DNA of 64,000 nt from Octopus vulgaris (taxonomy: Eukaryota), in contig OX597829.1 in the NCBI GenBank assembly GCA_951406725.2, forward strand, positions 53,878,001 through 53,942,000, given 5' to 3'. The translations under genes were made by a program, and so were the position numbers. Position 1 is the stretch's first letter. Every line of letters begins with the position of its first letter. Shown in pieces: positions 39,561 through 52,800 of the stretch. The notes beneath the pieces are model-generated. The model was given only the letters and a program-made list of their open reading frames with translations, ran no database searches and was not told where the DNA came from.

Positions 39561-39730
39561 TTCTACCAAATATATACGTTTTATTTACTACTTTGCACAT
39601 TACTTAATCAATGTTATATGTTTTATCTTATATTTAATCTTTCTATAATATGTAATATTTCTAAATGGTATAATTTAATTTTTCATTATTGAATTGATAG
39701 AAGGTGGGCTTTTTTTTAATTTATTAGAAA

Positions 39731-39777
<47 letters not shown>

Positions 39778-39855
39778 TTTGTGAAATTTGATTTAGTATT
39801 TCTGAATTGAATTTTTCCCTGTAAGTTTGGAATAATATTCCCTCATATTATTATA

Positions 39856-40659
39856 CATGAAACACATTCCAGAAGTTTTGAGACTTTATTAGGAGAGGCA
39901 GTTATAACTATCCTAGATTATTGTAATTTCTGTATATCATTACGATACATCTAATAAGCTGACCTGCCACCAACTTTTTGTTTTTTTATTATTCCAGATT
40001 GAAGGAGATGGCCGTAGCAGTATTTTGAACACACCTGACTATACACTGCTTGTCACAGCAGACTGGTTTGCAGAATACAGTTGAGACATGGCCATTTGGA
40101 AGCTTACCATGCAATCATATTCTGTGTTTGAGCTGGGCAAAAATGCTACAGAAAATTATGAAATGCTCTAGACTGGGCATGGATTAACTTGTATGAGCTG
40201 AGCATGTTTCTCTCACTAGCATAAGAGGCCAAGCAAAACAAGTCCACCAGGAAGCTCATCATATCCAATGAGTTCCCTCTGGCCAAACAGTCAACAAAGA
40301 GTACTTTGTAGAGATTTTGAGGGAATTCAGGAAATTTCATCACAGATAGCCAGAGCACGGCACACAGACAATGCATGTCCACGATTCCATCCTGGTAACC
40401 GACTACTTAACAGAGATGGTCGTCAAAACTGCCCCTCACTCTCCCTACAGCCCAGACCTTGCAACTTGTGACTTCTGGTTGTTCCCTCAAGCTGAAGGAG
40501 GCTTTGATAAGGGTCCTGGACACCTTTGCTTTCAAGGACTTACATGGGGCATTCACTACAAGTCAGAGGACCCTACTTTGAAAGAGATCAGAATTTCCTA
40601 CTTTTTTTTAAATAAATAAATTTCACTCCTGAAACAGTCTCACAACTTCTGGAATGCAC

Positions 40660-40663
<4 letters not shown>
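39856..40663 (+). mobile_element. Internally deleted mariner element
   Basis: TIRs cattccagaagttttgagact / agtctcacaacttctggaatg; PHSPYSPDLATCDFWLFP motif at ~40430-40490. Confidence 0.85.
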
Positions 40664-40706
<43 letters not shown>

Positions 40707-41654
40707 AATTAGAGAAAAACCACTATTATGCAATTCCAACAATGATACACATAAACCAAATCATAAAATATATTTTTAAAGCATGTAACTAGATCACAAA
40801 AAGTATAAAAATGAATGTCAATATATAAGTAAAAAAACTACGTACGTTTTATGGCTATAATTAAATTCAAATTACATTTAAATTTAATCGAAAATTAAAA
40901 TAATAACAATAATAGTTCAATAAATAAGCAAATAGAGTTAAACAATATTTATTAAAAAATAAAATAATGATTATTCTTATATAAGAAACTCCATTAACTA
41001 AATTTGAAACTTAAAACATTAGGACCAGTTGCCTACAATACATTTATCATGTTAAATATTTAAGGTTAAAAAAATAGAGTAAATAGATAGAAAAATGTAT
41101 TTATCTGTGAAGATATAATTTAGCTTAATAAAAAACATTAATAAACTATATTTCGTTTTTGGATTTGGTTTGCAAGATTCTTTATATGAGTTTGTGTGTT
41201 GAAGCATATTCTGTTGTGTCTGGGGAGAGTCATTTTCTTTTTGTGCCTTTTAATTTAACACACTCGATGGTAAAATTTCCACTTATTTCTTATTCTTATT
41301 TTCCTAAAATTTTCATTGTGTTTTGCAACCTTTTCAATAGTCTTGACTATTGAAATAGCCCAGCACCTGACAACTGCGATTGTTTGGGCAGGAGTTTTAC
41401 AGCTGGATGCCTTTCCTAACACCAGCCACTCAGCAGAGTCGACTTAGTGCTTTTCACATGGCACAAGCACAGGTGAGGTGAGTAGTGCTTTTTATGTTTA
41501 TATGTATATGTGCATATATGTGTGTGTGTATGTATACATATATATGTATATATGTGTATGTGTGTATATATATATATGTATGTATATATGTATATATATA
41601 TATGTATGTGTGTGTATGCATATGTATACATATATATATATATGTATATGTGAA

Positions 41655-41990
41655 GGTGCATGGCTCAGTGGTTAGAGCATCGGGCTTACGGTTGTGAGGT
41701 TGTGAGTTTGATTCCCAGACCGAGCTGTGTGTTGTGTTCTTGAGCAAGACACTTTATTTCACGTTGCTCCAGTTAACTCAGCTGTAGAAATGAGTTGCGA
41801 TGTCACTGGGGCCAAGCTGTATCAGCCCCTTTACCTTTCCCTTGGATAGCATCGGTGGCATGGAGAGGGGAGGCTGGAAGGCAGGGGCGACTACTGGCCT
41901 TCCATAAACAGCCTTGCCCAGACTCGTGCTTTGGAGGGTAACTTTCTAGGTGCAATTCCATGGTCAGTCATGACCGAAGGGGTCTCTTCA
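41655..41990 (+). repeat. tRNA-derived SINE family D; related copies at ~2790-3040 (-), 19160-19420, 27110-27305 (-), 47426-47720, 47874-48090 and 54105-54350 (-)
   Basis: A box tggctcagtggttagagc, B box gagtttgattccc, core gttgtgttcttgagcaagacacttt. Confidence 0.85.
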
Positions 41991-41994
41991 TATA

Positions 41995-42055
<61 letters not shown>

Positions 42056-42371
42056 AGAATTCACAAAAAAACAAAGCAAAAGACAAAGACAGGTGGTGTA
42101 GACAACTAACAGATGTATTAGTATAACGCTCAGGAATAGAAAAAGTCTTTAACATTTTGAGCCAACTCTCTTCCACAGAAAGGAACACAGAAAGAAACAA
42201 GGAGAGAAAATAAAGGAGAGAAAAAAGGGAGAGAAAAAAGAGAGAAAAAAAGGAGAGAAAAAAGAGAGAGAAAAAAGGGAGAAAGAAAAAAGGGAGAGAG
42301 AAAAAAGGGAGAGAAAAATGTAAATAGCGGTACCGATCTATCATGGTGAATATATATATATATCATGTGTA

Positions 42372-42420
<49 letters not shown>

Positions 42421-42762
42421 CATGATCTCCTGTGCCCATATATGCATGCATATACAAATATATGTGATATATATTTACATATTTATATATATATATATAT
42501 ATATATAACAACAAGGTGGATATATATATATACTAATTCATATTTATAATGTATAATTTATAAATTTTAATCCTTAATATTACAAAGTATCATTTTAATT
42601 TTTTGTTTTTAATCTTTAAGGCTTAATTTTATTGATTATTTTTTTAAAGGGATGTAAAATTAGATTTATAATATTTTGAAAAAGAACCTGAAGATGTGTT
42701 GGAATAATTGTAAATCTGATGATTGCATTATATATATGTACTCAACATAAACATGAGAAGTG

Positions 42763-43101
42763 ACCTTTAACAGTCAGCTTTACATGCTAGGAGACGCAGT
42801 TAAAACAACCAAAACCACATTTAAGAGCAATTTCAAAGGGAATGAAAAATAAAAACTTTTACCTTGTTATTTTTTTACAGTCATACCTAAATTATATGTT
42901 AATGTTATGGCACAGTCACTGATGAGAATTTCGCCTAGCAAATTATTTTATTTGCTAGATAAAATTCAAAACCTAGGTATGACTGTAAAAAAAATAACAA
43001 GGTAAAAGTTTTTATTTTTCCTTCCCTTCAAAATTGCTCTTAAATGTGGCTTTGGTCGTTTTAACTGCTTCTTCTAGCATGTAAAGCTAACTGTTAAAGG
43101 T
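42763..43101. repeat. Long inverted repeat (arms ~127 bp) enclosing a hammerhead motif
   Basis: 42763-42889 is the imperfect reverse complement of 42974-43101. Confidence 0.9.
42912..42986 (+). ncRNA. Type I hammerhead ribozyme (G12->A, probably inactivated copy)
   Basis: ACAGTCA-CTGATGA-GAATTT..CTAGCAAAT-loop-ATTTGCTAG..AAATTC-AAAA-CCTAGG-T-A|TGACTGT: perfect 7-bp stem I, extended stem II, palindromic stem III ACCTAGGT. Confidence 0.8.
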
Positions 43102-43245
43102 AGTTTTCTCTTGTGTTTCAATGTACATTATTTTATATTGAGAATATGTTGTCTGTTGACTTTTTATACATGCTAGGCCACTGGTAGTGAAATTTCTAAA
43201 AAACTCACTACCCTATATAATTTATGTATATATATATATATAATT

Positions 43246-43294
<49 letters not shown>

Positions 43295-43782
43295 TCATCA
43301 TCATCATCATCATCGTTTAACGTCCGTTCTCCATGCTAGCATGGGTTGGACGGTTCGACCGGGGATCTGGGAAGCCAGAAGGCTGCACCAGGCTCCAGTC
43401 TTATCTGGCAGTGTTTCTACAGCTGGATGCCCTTCCTAACGCCAACCACTCCATGAGTGTAGTGGGTGCTTTTTACGTGCCACCTGCATACATATATATA
43501 TGTATGTATGTATACTATTGTGTGTGTATATATTGTAATCTTTCAGTACTGAAACACATGTAGTTCCTTCATATTTAATTAATTTAGTGTTAACTAAAGT
43601 AGGAGATAATTAAGGAAGTATAGTATATACCCTGCTGTTATAATGGTTATGTCCTTTAAGTATTATTTCGTGATGTGCAAATGGATACCATGTGTTTACT
43701 TTCTGATATACTCATTAGGTTGTCTTTTTTGTATTATCTGAAATAGAATACCTGCATATCTATTAATCCCATAAACTGAATT

Positions 43783-43814
<32 letters not shown>

Positions 43815-46261
43815 TTAAGTTGAAAGGCATATAAAAATTGCGACAAACATTGAAATACTAAACATTTACTGAATAAATACATTGAATTTTATTAATTAAA
43901 TTAGTTTTTTTGGAATGAACTAGAAGTGTTTTTTTTTTTTTAGTTTATGACTAATATATATTTAGTTTCTGTTTGAATAAACACACAGCACTTTCCTCCG
44001 ATACATCATTGCTTTTAAATGGTTTACATGAATTGCTGAAAATTTCAGTTTTAATTCCCAGTTTTACATCAAACCAGTTGACAAACTTAATAAAATATCT
44101 ATGAAAGCATTTTATTCGAATTTGAATTGAATTTTTAATTGTTTTCCATGCTCGTTCTAATCTTATGTAGTGATTTCTAATACAAGCTGAAGGCTTCAAA
44201 TTATGAAGGAAGGATACAGTTGGTTACACAGATCCCTAATTCATTAATGGCACTTTATTTTATTGAGCCCAGAAGGATTAAAAGCAAAGTTGTTCCTAAT
44301 GGAATTTCAACTCAGATTTTTAATGGGCTATAAGTAAATAACAGAAGGCATTTTGTTTGGTGCTCTACCGGTTCTGATAAGACAACAATACTTGTTGAGT
44401 TTGGAAGAATGGAGTCTGACAGAGTCAGCAGTTTGTATTCTGTTCTCTGAGAAGCTTTGGATGGGCAAAACACTTTTCTTTCATTAGCTACTCTATTTAA
44501 CAGTAAATAAATGCTATGGGGGAAGGTATTGCTTGTTGCTGGGTGGGTGAATTATGTAATTGATATAAAGCTTGCAGTGTTGAGTTCAAATCCTATTTAT
44601 TCCAGTAACAAAGTAATAACTGAAGTAGTAATTATTACAGTTCATAATGACAAGAATAAATTAACTCATTAGCATTTAAATCAGCCCAAATATTCCATAT
44701 GCTTTTATGTTCAAACAGGGTAGATCTGGTTTCTCACACCTATTCTACAACCTCCATTCTGAAACTAAATCATGTCACTGAAATTTGAAAACTACAAGAT
44801 AATACAAAATTAATTGCACACAATGTGAATAAATACACATTACATTTGACAGAATGCTTTAATAGGAAAAAAAACAAAAACATGAGAACTTTGGTTACAA
44901 AAGATATTTTCCATGTTAGCCATTAAGGAATTCTTCCTGAACTAATGTAATCACTTGACTTAATAGAAATAGCAGTCACATTTTCCTCAAACTACACTTG
45001 TACCACTTAAAAAAAAAGAAAAACAGAAACACTTAGATGATGTAGTCTATGATTAAGAAAAGATGAGAAAATTGTGGCTGGAATATTTGATCATCTGACC
45101 TGGGGCTAAATAGCAATTTACTTTCTCAGAAGCACTAGAAAACGCATGTCACAAGTTGGGATATTTCTAATTTTAAAAACATTTTCAGCTGATTTCTAAC
45201 TAAAATCTTTTAGCATTTAAATTAGTCAAATGTAATGATTATTTATCCACATTATTTTCAATTCCTCATGGCTTATCTTGTAGCTTTGAGGTTCCAATGA
45301 GGTGATTGTTTATTTTTAGAATGACATTGTAGGATAGGTGTGAGAGGCTGGATCTGGTCGGTTTGAACATAAAACAGGCAGATTATTTGGGATGTATATT
45401 GCTGGTTTATATGCTAAAGAGCAACAAGAAAAAGAGAATATCAACAAACACATTTACACTAGTTTAAAAGAATATGATAAATAGCTCAAAAAATTTTGTC
45501 AAAAGCATCAAAAATAGTTTAACCCTGTTGCTAGGGTAGTGAACGACAGAGTCAATAAAGCCCTGGACAAAATAATTCTGTGGTATTTACTTATGTCCTG
45601 TATATTCCGACCTGGGTAGACTTTACCTTTCTCCCCCCTCCCCCCATTATCAGTGAAATAGTTAAGGCAATACATTTTAGCATTTCCCTCAAAATTCTAA
45701 TATTCAATTTATCCCTTTAATATTTAAAGTGACCATATCTAATCCAAATATTCTACTTCTTTTATGTTCAGACTGGCCAGATCCAACCTCTCACAACTAC
45801 CCTACAATGTCATTCTACAAATAAACAATCATATCACTGAAATCTCAAAGCTATGAGATAATTCATGATTTGTTCATATCAATATGACTAAACAAGCATT
45901 ACATTTGACTGAGTAGCCTAAATGATAAAGGGTTAAGCTGGCCCCCATATCCAGCCCAAATATTCTACCTGTTTTATGTTCAAACCAGCCAGATCCAACC
46001 TATCTCACCTACCCTACAATATCACTCTAAAAATAAATAATTACATCATCAAAATCTTGAATCTGCGAGACGATGCAAGATTAATTCCAAATAAATAAGC
46101 ATTATATTTGGCAGAGAAACCTGAATGCTAAAGAGTTAAACTAGCCACAACCACCCAAATATCCTACCTGTTTTATACTGAAACTGGCAAGATCCAGCTT
46201 CTCACACCTACCCTGCTATGTTATTCTAAAAATAAACAATCATATCATTGAAATCTCAAAA

Positions 46262-46800
46262 CTAGTAGGGGTGGATGCTCAGAGATTATTGCCACTAAAA
46301 TAAGAATAGCCTGGGCAAAGTTCAGAAAGCTCCTACCTCTACTGGTGACAAAGGGCCCCTTGCTCAGAGTGGAAGGTAGATTGTACGATGCATGTGTGTG
46401 AACAACAATGCTTCACAGCAGTGAAACATGAACCATGACTGCTGATGTGTAATGTCAGTGTGCACACACAACAGAGTGTAAACATCCTGAGAGAAATGTT
46501 GGACATAAGAAGTATCATATGTGGCATGCAAGAGAGATGACTGTGCTGGTATAGTCATGTACTACGGATGGATGAGGAGAACTGTGTAAAGAAGTGTCAA
46601 TCCCAAACAGAGGAAGGAACCCATGGTAGAGGGAGACTCAGGAAGACATGGGATGAGGTGGTGAAGCATGACCTTCGAATGTTGGGCCTCACAGTGGCAA
46701 TGAAAAAAAAGACCGAGACCTCTGGAGGTGTGCTGTGACTGAGAATACCCAGCAAATAAAGTGAGTTCACAGCTGTAGCATAACCAGCCCATTTAAAAAG
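46262..46800 (+). mobile_element. RTE LINE 3' fragment followed by SINE A, interrupting a MITE
   Basis: IRIAWAKFRKLLPLL and GRGRLRKTWDEVVKHDLRML motifs; the MITE end resumes at ~47137-47170. Confidence 0.8.
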
Positions 46801-49800
46801 AAAGTAAGTTGTGGCTGATGCCAGTACTGCCTGATTGGCTCCTATGCTGGTTGCATGCAATAAGCACAATTCATGTGTGGGTTGTGCCGCTTGACTGGCT
46901 CCCTCTGCCAGTGGCATGTAAAAAGCACCATCCGAATGTGGTTGATGCCAGTTCACTCCAACTGTAAAAAGCACCCGCAACACTCTTGGAGTGGTTGGCA
47001 TTAGGAAGGGCATCCAGCTGTAGAAACATTGCCAGATTAGACTGGAGCCTGGTGTGGCCTCCTGGCTTGCCAGACCCCAGTCAAACTGTCCAACCCATGC
47101 CAGCATGGAAAGCAGACGTTAATCAATGATGATGATCATTTCACAAAGTAGTCTGAATGCTAAAGGGTCAAGTTAAGAATCAACTGAAAATGTTTTCAAA
47201 ATTATAAAAATCAGATCTTTGGACAAGCTCTTTGCAATACTTCAGAGAGGAACTGAATGTATATACAAATAAGCCATATATCATTACATCAGGTTTTTAA
47301 TGTTTTACCCCTTGGTAAATAAATGAACATCAGCTACTAAATATAATTAGCAACATCGATATCTTTTTGTTGAGATTTGTGCATCAAACGTTTTACAAAA
47401 ATATGTAACTTATACGTTTGGGGAAGGCGCATGGCTCAGTGGTTGTGAGTTCGAGTCCCAGACTGGGCTGCATGTTGTGTTCTTGAGCAAGACTCTTTAT
47501 GTCACTCCAGTTCACTCAGTTGTAGAAATGAGTAAACTGGGGCCAAGCTGTATCTGCCTTTTCCTTTCCTTTGGATAACACTGGTGGTGTAGAGTGGGAA
47601 GGCCGGTATGCATGGGTGACTGCTGGTCCTCCATAAACAACCTTGCCCGGACTTGTACCTCAGAGGGTAACTTTCTAGGTAGTCCCATGGTCATTCATGA
47701 CTGAAGGGGGTCTTTACCCTTTTACATTTTGTGAAACTTTAATTTCTCTTAGAAACACAACTAAATAAAAAAATAAGTCATTTTGTTTTCCTTGTTTAAC
47801 TGCAACTACTTTCTTGTAATAAATTGACTTTTGACTTTTGTAATATTTGCCTACATGTATGATGTATTGTGGAGGTGCATGGCTTAGTGGTTAGGGTGTT
47901 GTACTCATGATTGTAAGATTGTAGTTTTGATTCCTGGACCGGGTGACGTGTGGTGTTCTTGAGCAAAACACTTCATTTCACGTCACCCCAGTACACTCAT
48001 CTGGCAAAAATGAGGATTCCTGAGACAGACTGGCGTCCTGTCCAAGATGGAATATATGCCAGAGAAACCAGAAAACCAACCCTATGCTCCTTACAGGTTA
48101 ATATGGATTAACCATGCTGTATCATACCTTACATTTAAAAATATTTCCATGTATCCCCTTCCCCCTCACAATTTCCATCACGGCTAACATTTACAAAAGC
48201 AGAAGTTAAACAAACCACGACGCAAAATACTGTCTAAAAGCCATCAACTGCTCAATGACCCACAAATATGAACAGCTCTTAACTAGAATCCTTGTAGTTG
48301 TTCCAAATGTTAGGGATTCCTTTCACTAAGTATCTCTCTGGTTGAAACTGCATCTTTGACACAGTTAGGACTGCATACCAATGACTGGTCCTTCTCTTCG
48401 AGGCCAGAAAGTACTTCATCTGCCAACAATCACAGGCACTCTACAAAGCTCAGATGAGGCCCTCAATCGAGCATTGCCTCCACATCTAGAACAGTGCCGC
48501 TGTTGCTGTACACACAAAACATCTTAGACCACATCCAGAAGGCTACTACTGACCAGTATAAAGCCACTCGCATATAGACTCAAGCTTCTGACCCACAGGT
48601 ATGCTGTCTGCCTCTTCTGTCTTTCTGAACACAGTTATAATGGCTTCTGATCCTCGGAGATGACAGATCTCAACCCACTTCCACTCAGATACTCCCAACT
48701 TTCCTCCTTTTTTCTCATCCCCCATGCTATGTCCAATTCCACTATGTCCTCTGCTAGTTATTACACCCAGTCTTTCTTCTCCAAAACTCCCTTTCAAGTC
48801 TCTTCTTTACTTGTTTTCTCTCCAGCTGGTGTTTATTTGCAACAATTTAAGCAAATATTAATGACACCATTCTCACTGGTCTTGGAGAGGCTGTGACAGC
48901 CATGGATAATTCCCCTTCTCCAACAAGTAAAAATTAAATTAAAAAAACAACTAAAATAACAAAATTATACACAACCTATCAGAACTAAGAGAGATGCTGC
49001 TCAAAGATATACCTGAGAATGAAAGATATGTTTCACTGAAAACCAACTTGCAATCCTCAATGCCAAAATTCAAAGATTGCACAGGTGCTACCTGTATACC
49101 TATCAGCATTAGGAACAAATTTCCAAAAGCTGTAAGTGATCACCGATGATGAAATGCAGACTTTACGGAATTTGGATGCCCAAACGCCTCACGTTTTTGA
49201 AAATAGAGAGAAGTGGTGGTTAGATCGTCTGCATGTTAAGCTAGGTATCCAATAAGACCATTGTTTACGAATACATCTAAGTGACATTTGTCCCATTTTC
49301 TATAACAAAACTCAACTGTCAGAATTGTTAGCGCATCAAATAAAACAGTTGCATTCATGCTTTGGGGTTCAAATACCTACGAAGTCAACTTTGCCTTTCA
49401 ACTTTCTGGATTTCATAAAATAAAGTACTTTAACTACAGCACTGATGGGAAGGCGTGTCGAATTCTATAATACAACCTGCACGTGAATGGAATTATAATA
49501 AAAGACCAAAATATTATGCACAGTTGTACAACGAGACAAACTACTACATTTTTTTCTTTTTTCTTTCTTGGTTTTTGTATCTGGGACTTTGACTCGCAGT
49601 CGTAATTGTTTAGCTTGATCTAAAAGTAAACTCAAATTTATGGATCAGCTGTTAATAAACCTATTTGTTAATCAAAGCAGCTAATCTTACTCAATTGTTG
49701 TCAACTGATCGACGTTTACACGGTTTGCAATGAATGTTTTACGTTTAAAATGTAATCACGATAGAAGTAGATTAAGATAAAAACATTATTAATGTGATAA

Positions 49801-52800
49801 ATAATTCATTGAATTGTAAGAAGACAATTGGTGGAAGTAAATGTAACTCAAAGATAATAATATATGCAATAATATGAAGTGAAGAATGATTTTCATTCTT
49901 AACCTCAGCATAGAAGTGGAGAGCTGATATCTACAAATCGCCCAAACCTTACAATAAAAACGACCCTCCTAATTATTATCTACTCGAGACATAGAAAGAG
50001 ATAACAATGATAATATTCAAAGGTTAATTTAGTTCAATATCGAACAAACAATAGGCTTTCTGGTTGGCTCGTCAGTATTCTACAAGTGTCATTTTAATAT
50101 ATTTTACTTCAACTATAAAATGAAATTAAAATTTAAGCTACTGTTCAGTAATTAGTATCATGCCAATATAACATATACACTTTAATTGAAGAATCATGCA
50201 ATTTATGAATAATAATATATTAAATTGATGTTTTTTCAAATGAATGAATACGATGAATGAAATAATGCTCATCTATTTTAGATTAAACATAAAAATGAAC
50301 AAAACATTGCGAAACATTTACGCAAAAAGAATGTTTTTATAATATGAAAATATTGTGGTCTTGCACATTACCTACGGTGGAATGAACAAATCTTCGATTA
50401 GTATACAGACGAAGAATAAGTGCGCAGTTCTTCGAGGTGTTGCACAACTAGATTGATTAATAAATGCCTCAAAACCCAAGAATCCAATATGTAAGTTACG
50501 AAGCGAGGAGTAACAGGAGTAAATATAAAAAAATGTTCAGGAAATGTGATTAAATTACTTCCAGCGTAAAGAAAATTAATATTCTTAAGATTCTCATTCT
50601 CGAGAATGGTAAACAACAGTTCTTTCTATGCAGAGAAGGGGATATTGATTAAGTAGAATTTATGTGTTGCTTTTTATAATAACGGTTTGGTCAATTCTAA
50701 AATGTTATAAGAGTAGGAATCTGCAGATATCTGCATAGGTCTACGTCTTTGGTAAAGAATTCAAATACATTATCAGAATAAAAGTGGTATATAGAACAAT
50801 CAAAGATGTTGGTGTTAGTAGTTAAGTTAAAGTTGTAGGAAATATTACGGTTCCACCAATAATGCAGCTTATTATAGAGAATGGTAACTCATTCTAGGTC
50901 TGCTAAAGCGAAACATACAAACAAAAGGTAAGCGATGAAATAGTGAAATGGAATAAACTAAAACAATAACAGAATTTATTTAATTAAAGAGTTACTAATG
51001 CATTATTACATGCAGCTGAAGGAAATTTTGATAAAATATATGAATTAGAAAATGACAAAGTTGTGACGGTGAAGAATTACCGAAAAATGGTTCAGGGAGA
51101 CTAGGCACCATCACAAAACTATGACAACGGAAATATGATGATACCTGTGACATATATTTCGGATTACTGATAGAATATTGTCAGCGACATGGTGAACCTA
51201 GAATAAATTATATGGGATACTAGTAATGGTGTTTGTTATTACCTCTAAACAGTTTGGTAGCGATGGCGAAGCGTACAAAAGAAGAACAGCCACAAGCAGC
51301 AACACTGGTTGACCCCCTTCCTCTTGCTGACAGCAGTCCCATGCTACAGATCACCGCCGCAACCACCCCCAACTTTCCTACCACTTCACTGGCACCGAAG
51401 CCAGGAGCAGATAATTTATCTCGTTCGGATTTGGATTTCTCCGTTCAATTGGAAAATATTTCATGATCATTTCATGAAACAACAAGAGCCTCTGAACGGC
51501 AGTTCGAAGAGTCAGAAATAGCAGCCAAATCTTTCTCTATCAGTCACAACCTGATACATTAGGCAAACGTACTTCTCATTATAAAATCGGATAAGATTGT
51601 CACTGCTGAAACGATTATGATCATGGGTCTGTTCGTTCAGAGCTGACCAGGGGCTAAACACCAACAACATAATAAATTTGCTTTGCACTTTAAATAATTA
51701 TGTGTTTGTGAAAATAGAATCAAAAACAAAAATAAGCACTTATATAAAATTCCTTAAATCAATTTATGAATTTACGGAATCAAATAAAGATAATTTAATA
51801 AAGTTTATTGGTGGCCGAAGGGAGACTACTCTGATCACGAGCGGAGATTGGTTTATTAATTGAGCACCAGCTTCTTAATTAACAAACCTAGCAGCGGAAA
51901 TACTCTCGATCACGCTAATGAATACATGTTGCAGTTATGACCTGATATGAGAAAATTGCTTATTAACGGAATATAAAGGAAAACATCCGTATGAATTCAA
52001 AGTATGAGTATTCGATTATAAGTATGTCACCCTCTTCCAAATAAAGCTGTTCTTATAATTAATGTAACAGTTTGGAATGAAGATTTATTCTCAGTGATTG
52101 AATAAATATATTTCCTTGATTGCCTATTTCATTTGCTGCAAAAGATTCCATTTTTTTAAAAATCTCAACAAGAACTAGTTTTTTAGCAACTAAAATTATA
52201 TTCATTGAATGAATTAACCAAACTTGAAATTAAAAAAAAAAAAAATCCGCAATAACAAGAAAATTATGGCTTTAGACATTCTGACCTATTTGCGGAAGAA
52301 TTCAAAAGACAACTCCTAGATTTACATTATTTGAAACTTTTAGTTAGGCAGTGAAAATTATAGGGACAAAATGTAGGTGAAAATATAGAGAAAACGGTTT
52401 TCCTTCGATATGACTCAGTAGAAAACTTAATACCTTCTTTAGAATTAATTCGGTTAATTTTTCGTACAAACTTCGATATAAGGTAAACATGAAAAATACT
52501 TGTTACATAAAATTAATTTTAGAAGAATTGTATTTAATTATAAATAGAAATTAGCACTGTTGATTTGTTTAAGAAAGAAGTCCTCTCCGTTGCTTAATTA
52601 CATTTAAACAAGGCAGTGATGTATGAGCTGAGAATGATTGTTATTTTGACCTGTGAGACTAGCTGACTTGTATCTCTTTCTCTTAGTTGCTGGCTAAGCA
52701 ATAAACTCGTACTTTATTTTGCAATGGCTTGTTGGCACCTGAGATATCTGCGTATATCTTTCTTCCTCAAAAACGAGTCTTATTTCGTAACCTAACATTT

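Noticed and set aside
41655-41730. tRNA gene
   Set aside because: It is a tRNA-like SINE head continuing into SINE core sequence, with no proper cloverleaf or terminator.
43951-44199. 82-aa minus-strand ORF
   Set aside because: No recognisable domain, a non-ATG start and no convincing splice pair.
51233-51466. 77-aa P/T/A-rich ORF in the CpG-rich block
   Set aside because: No recognisable homology or splice donor before the stop; it cannot be supported as coding without expression data.
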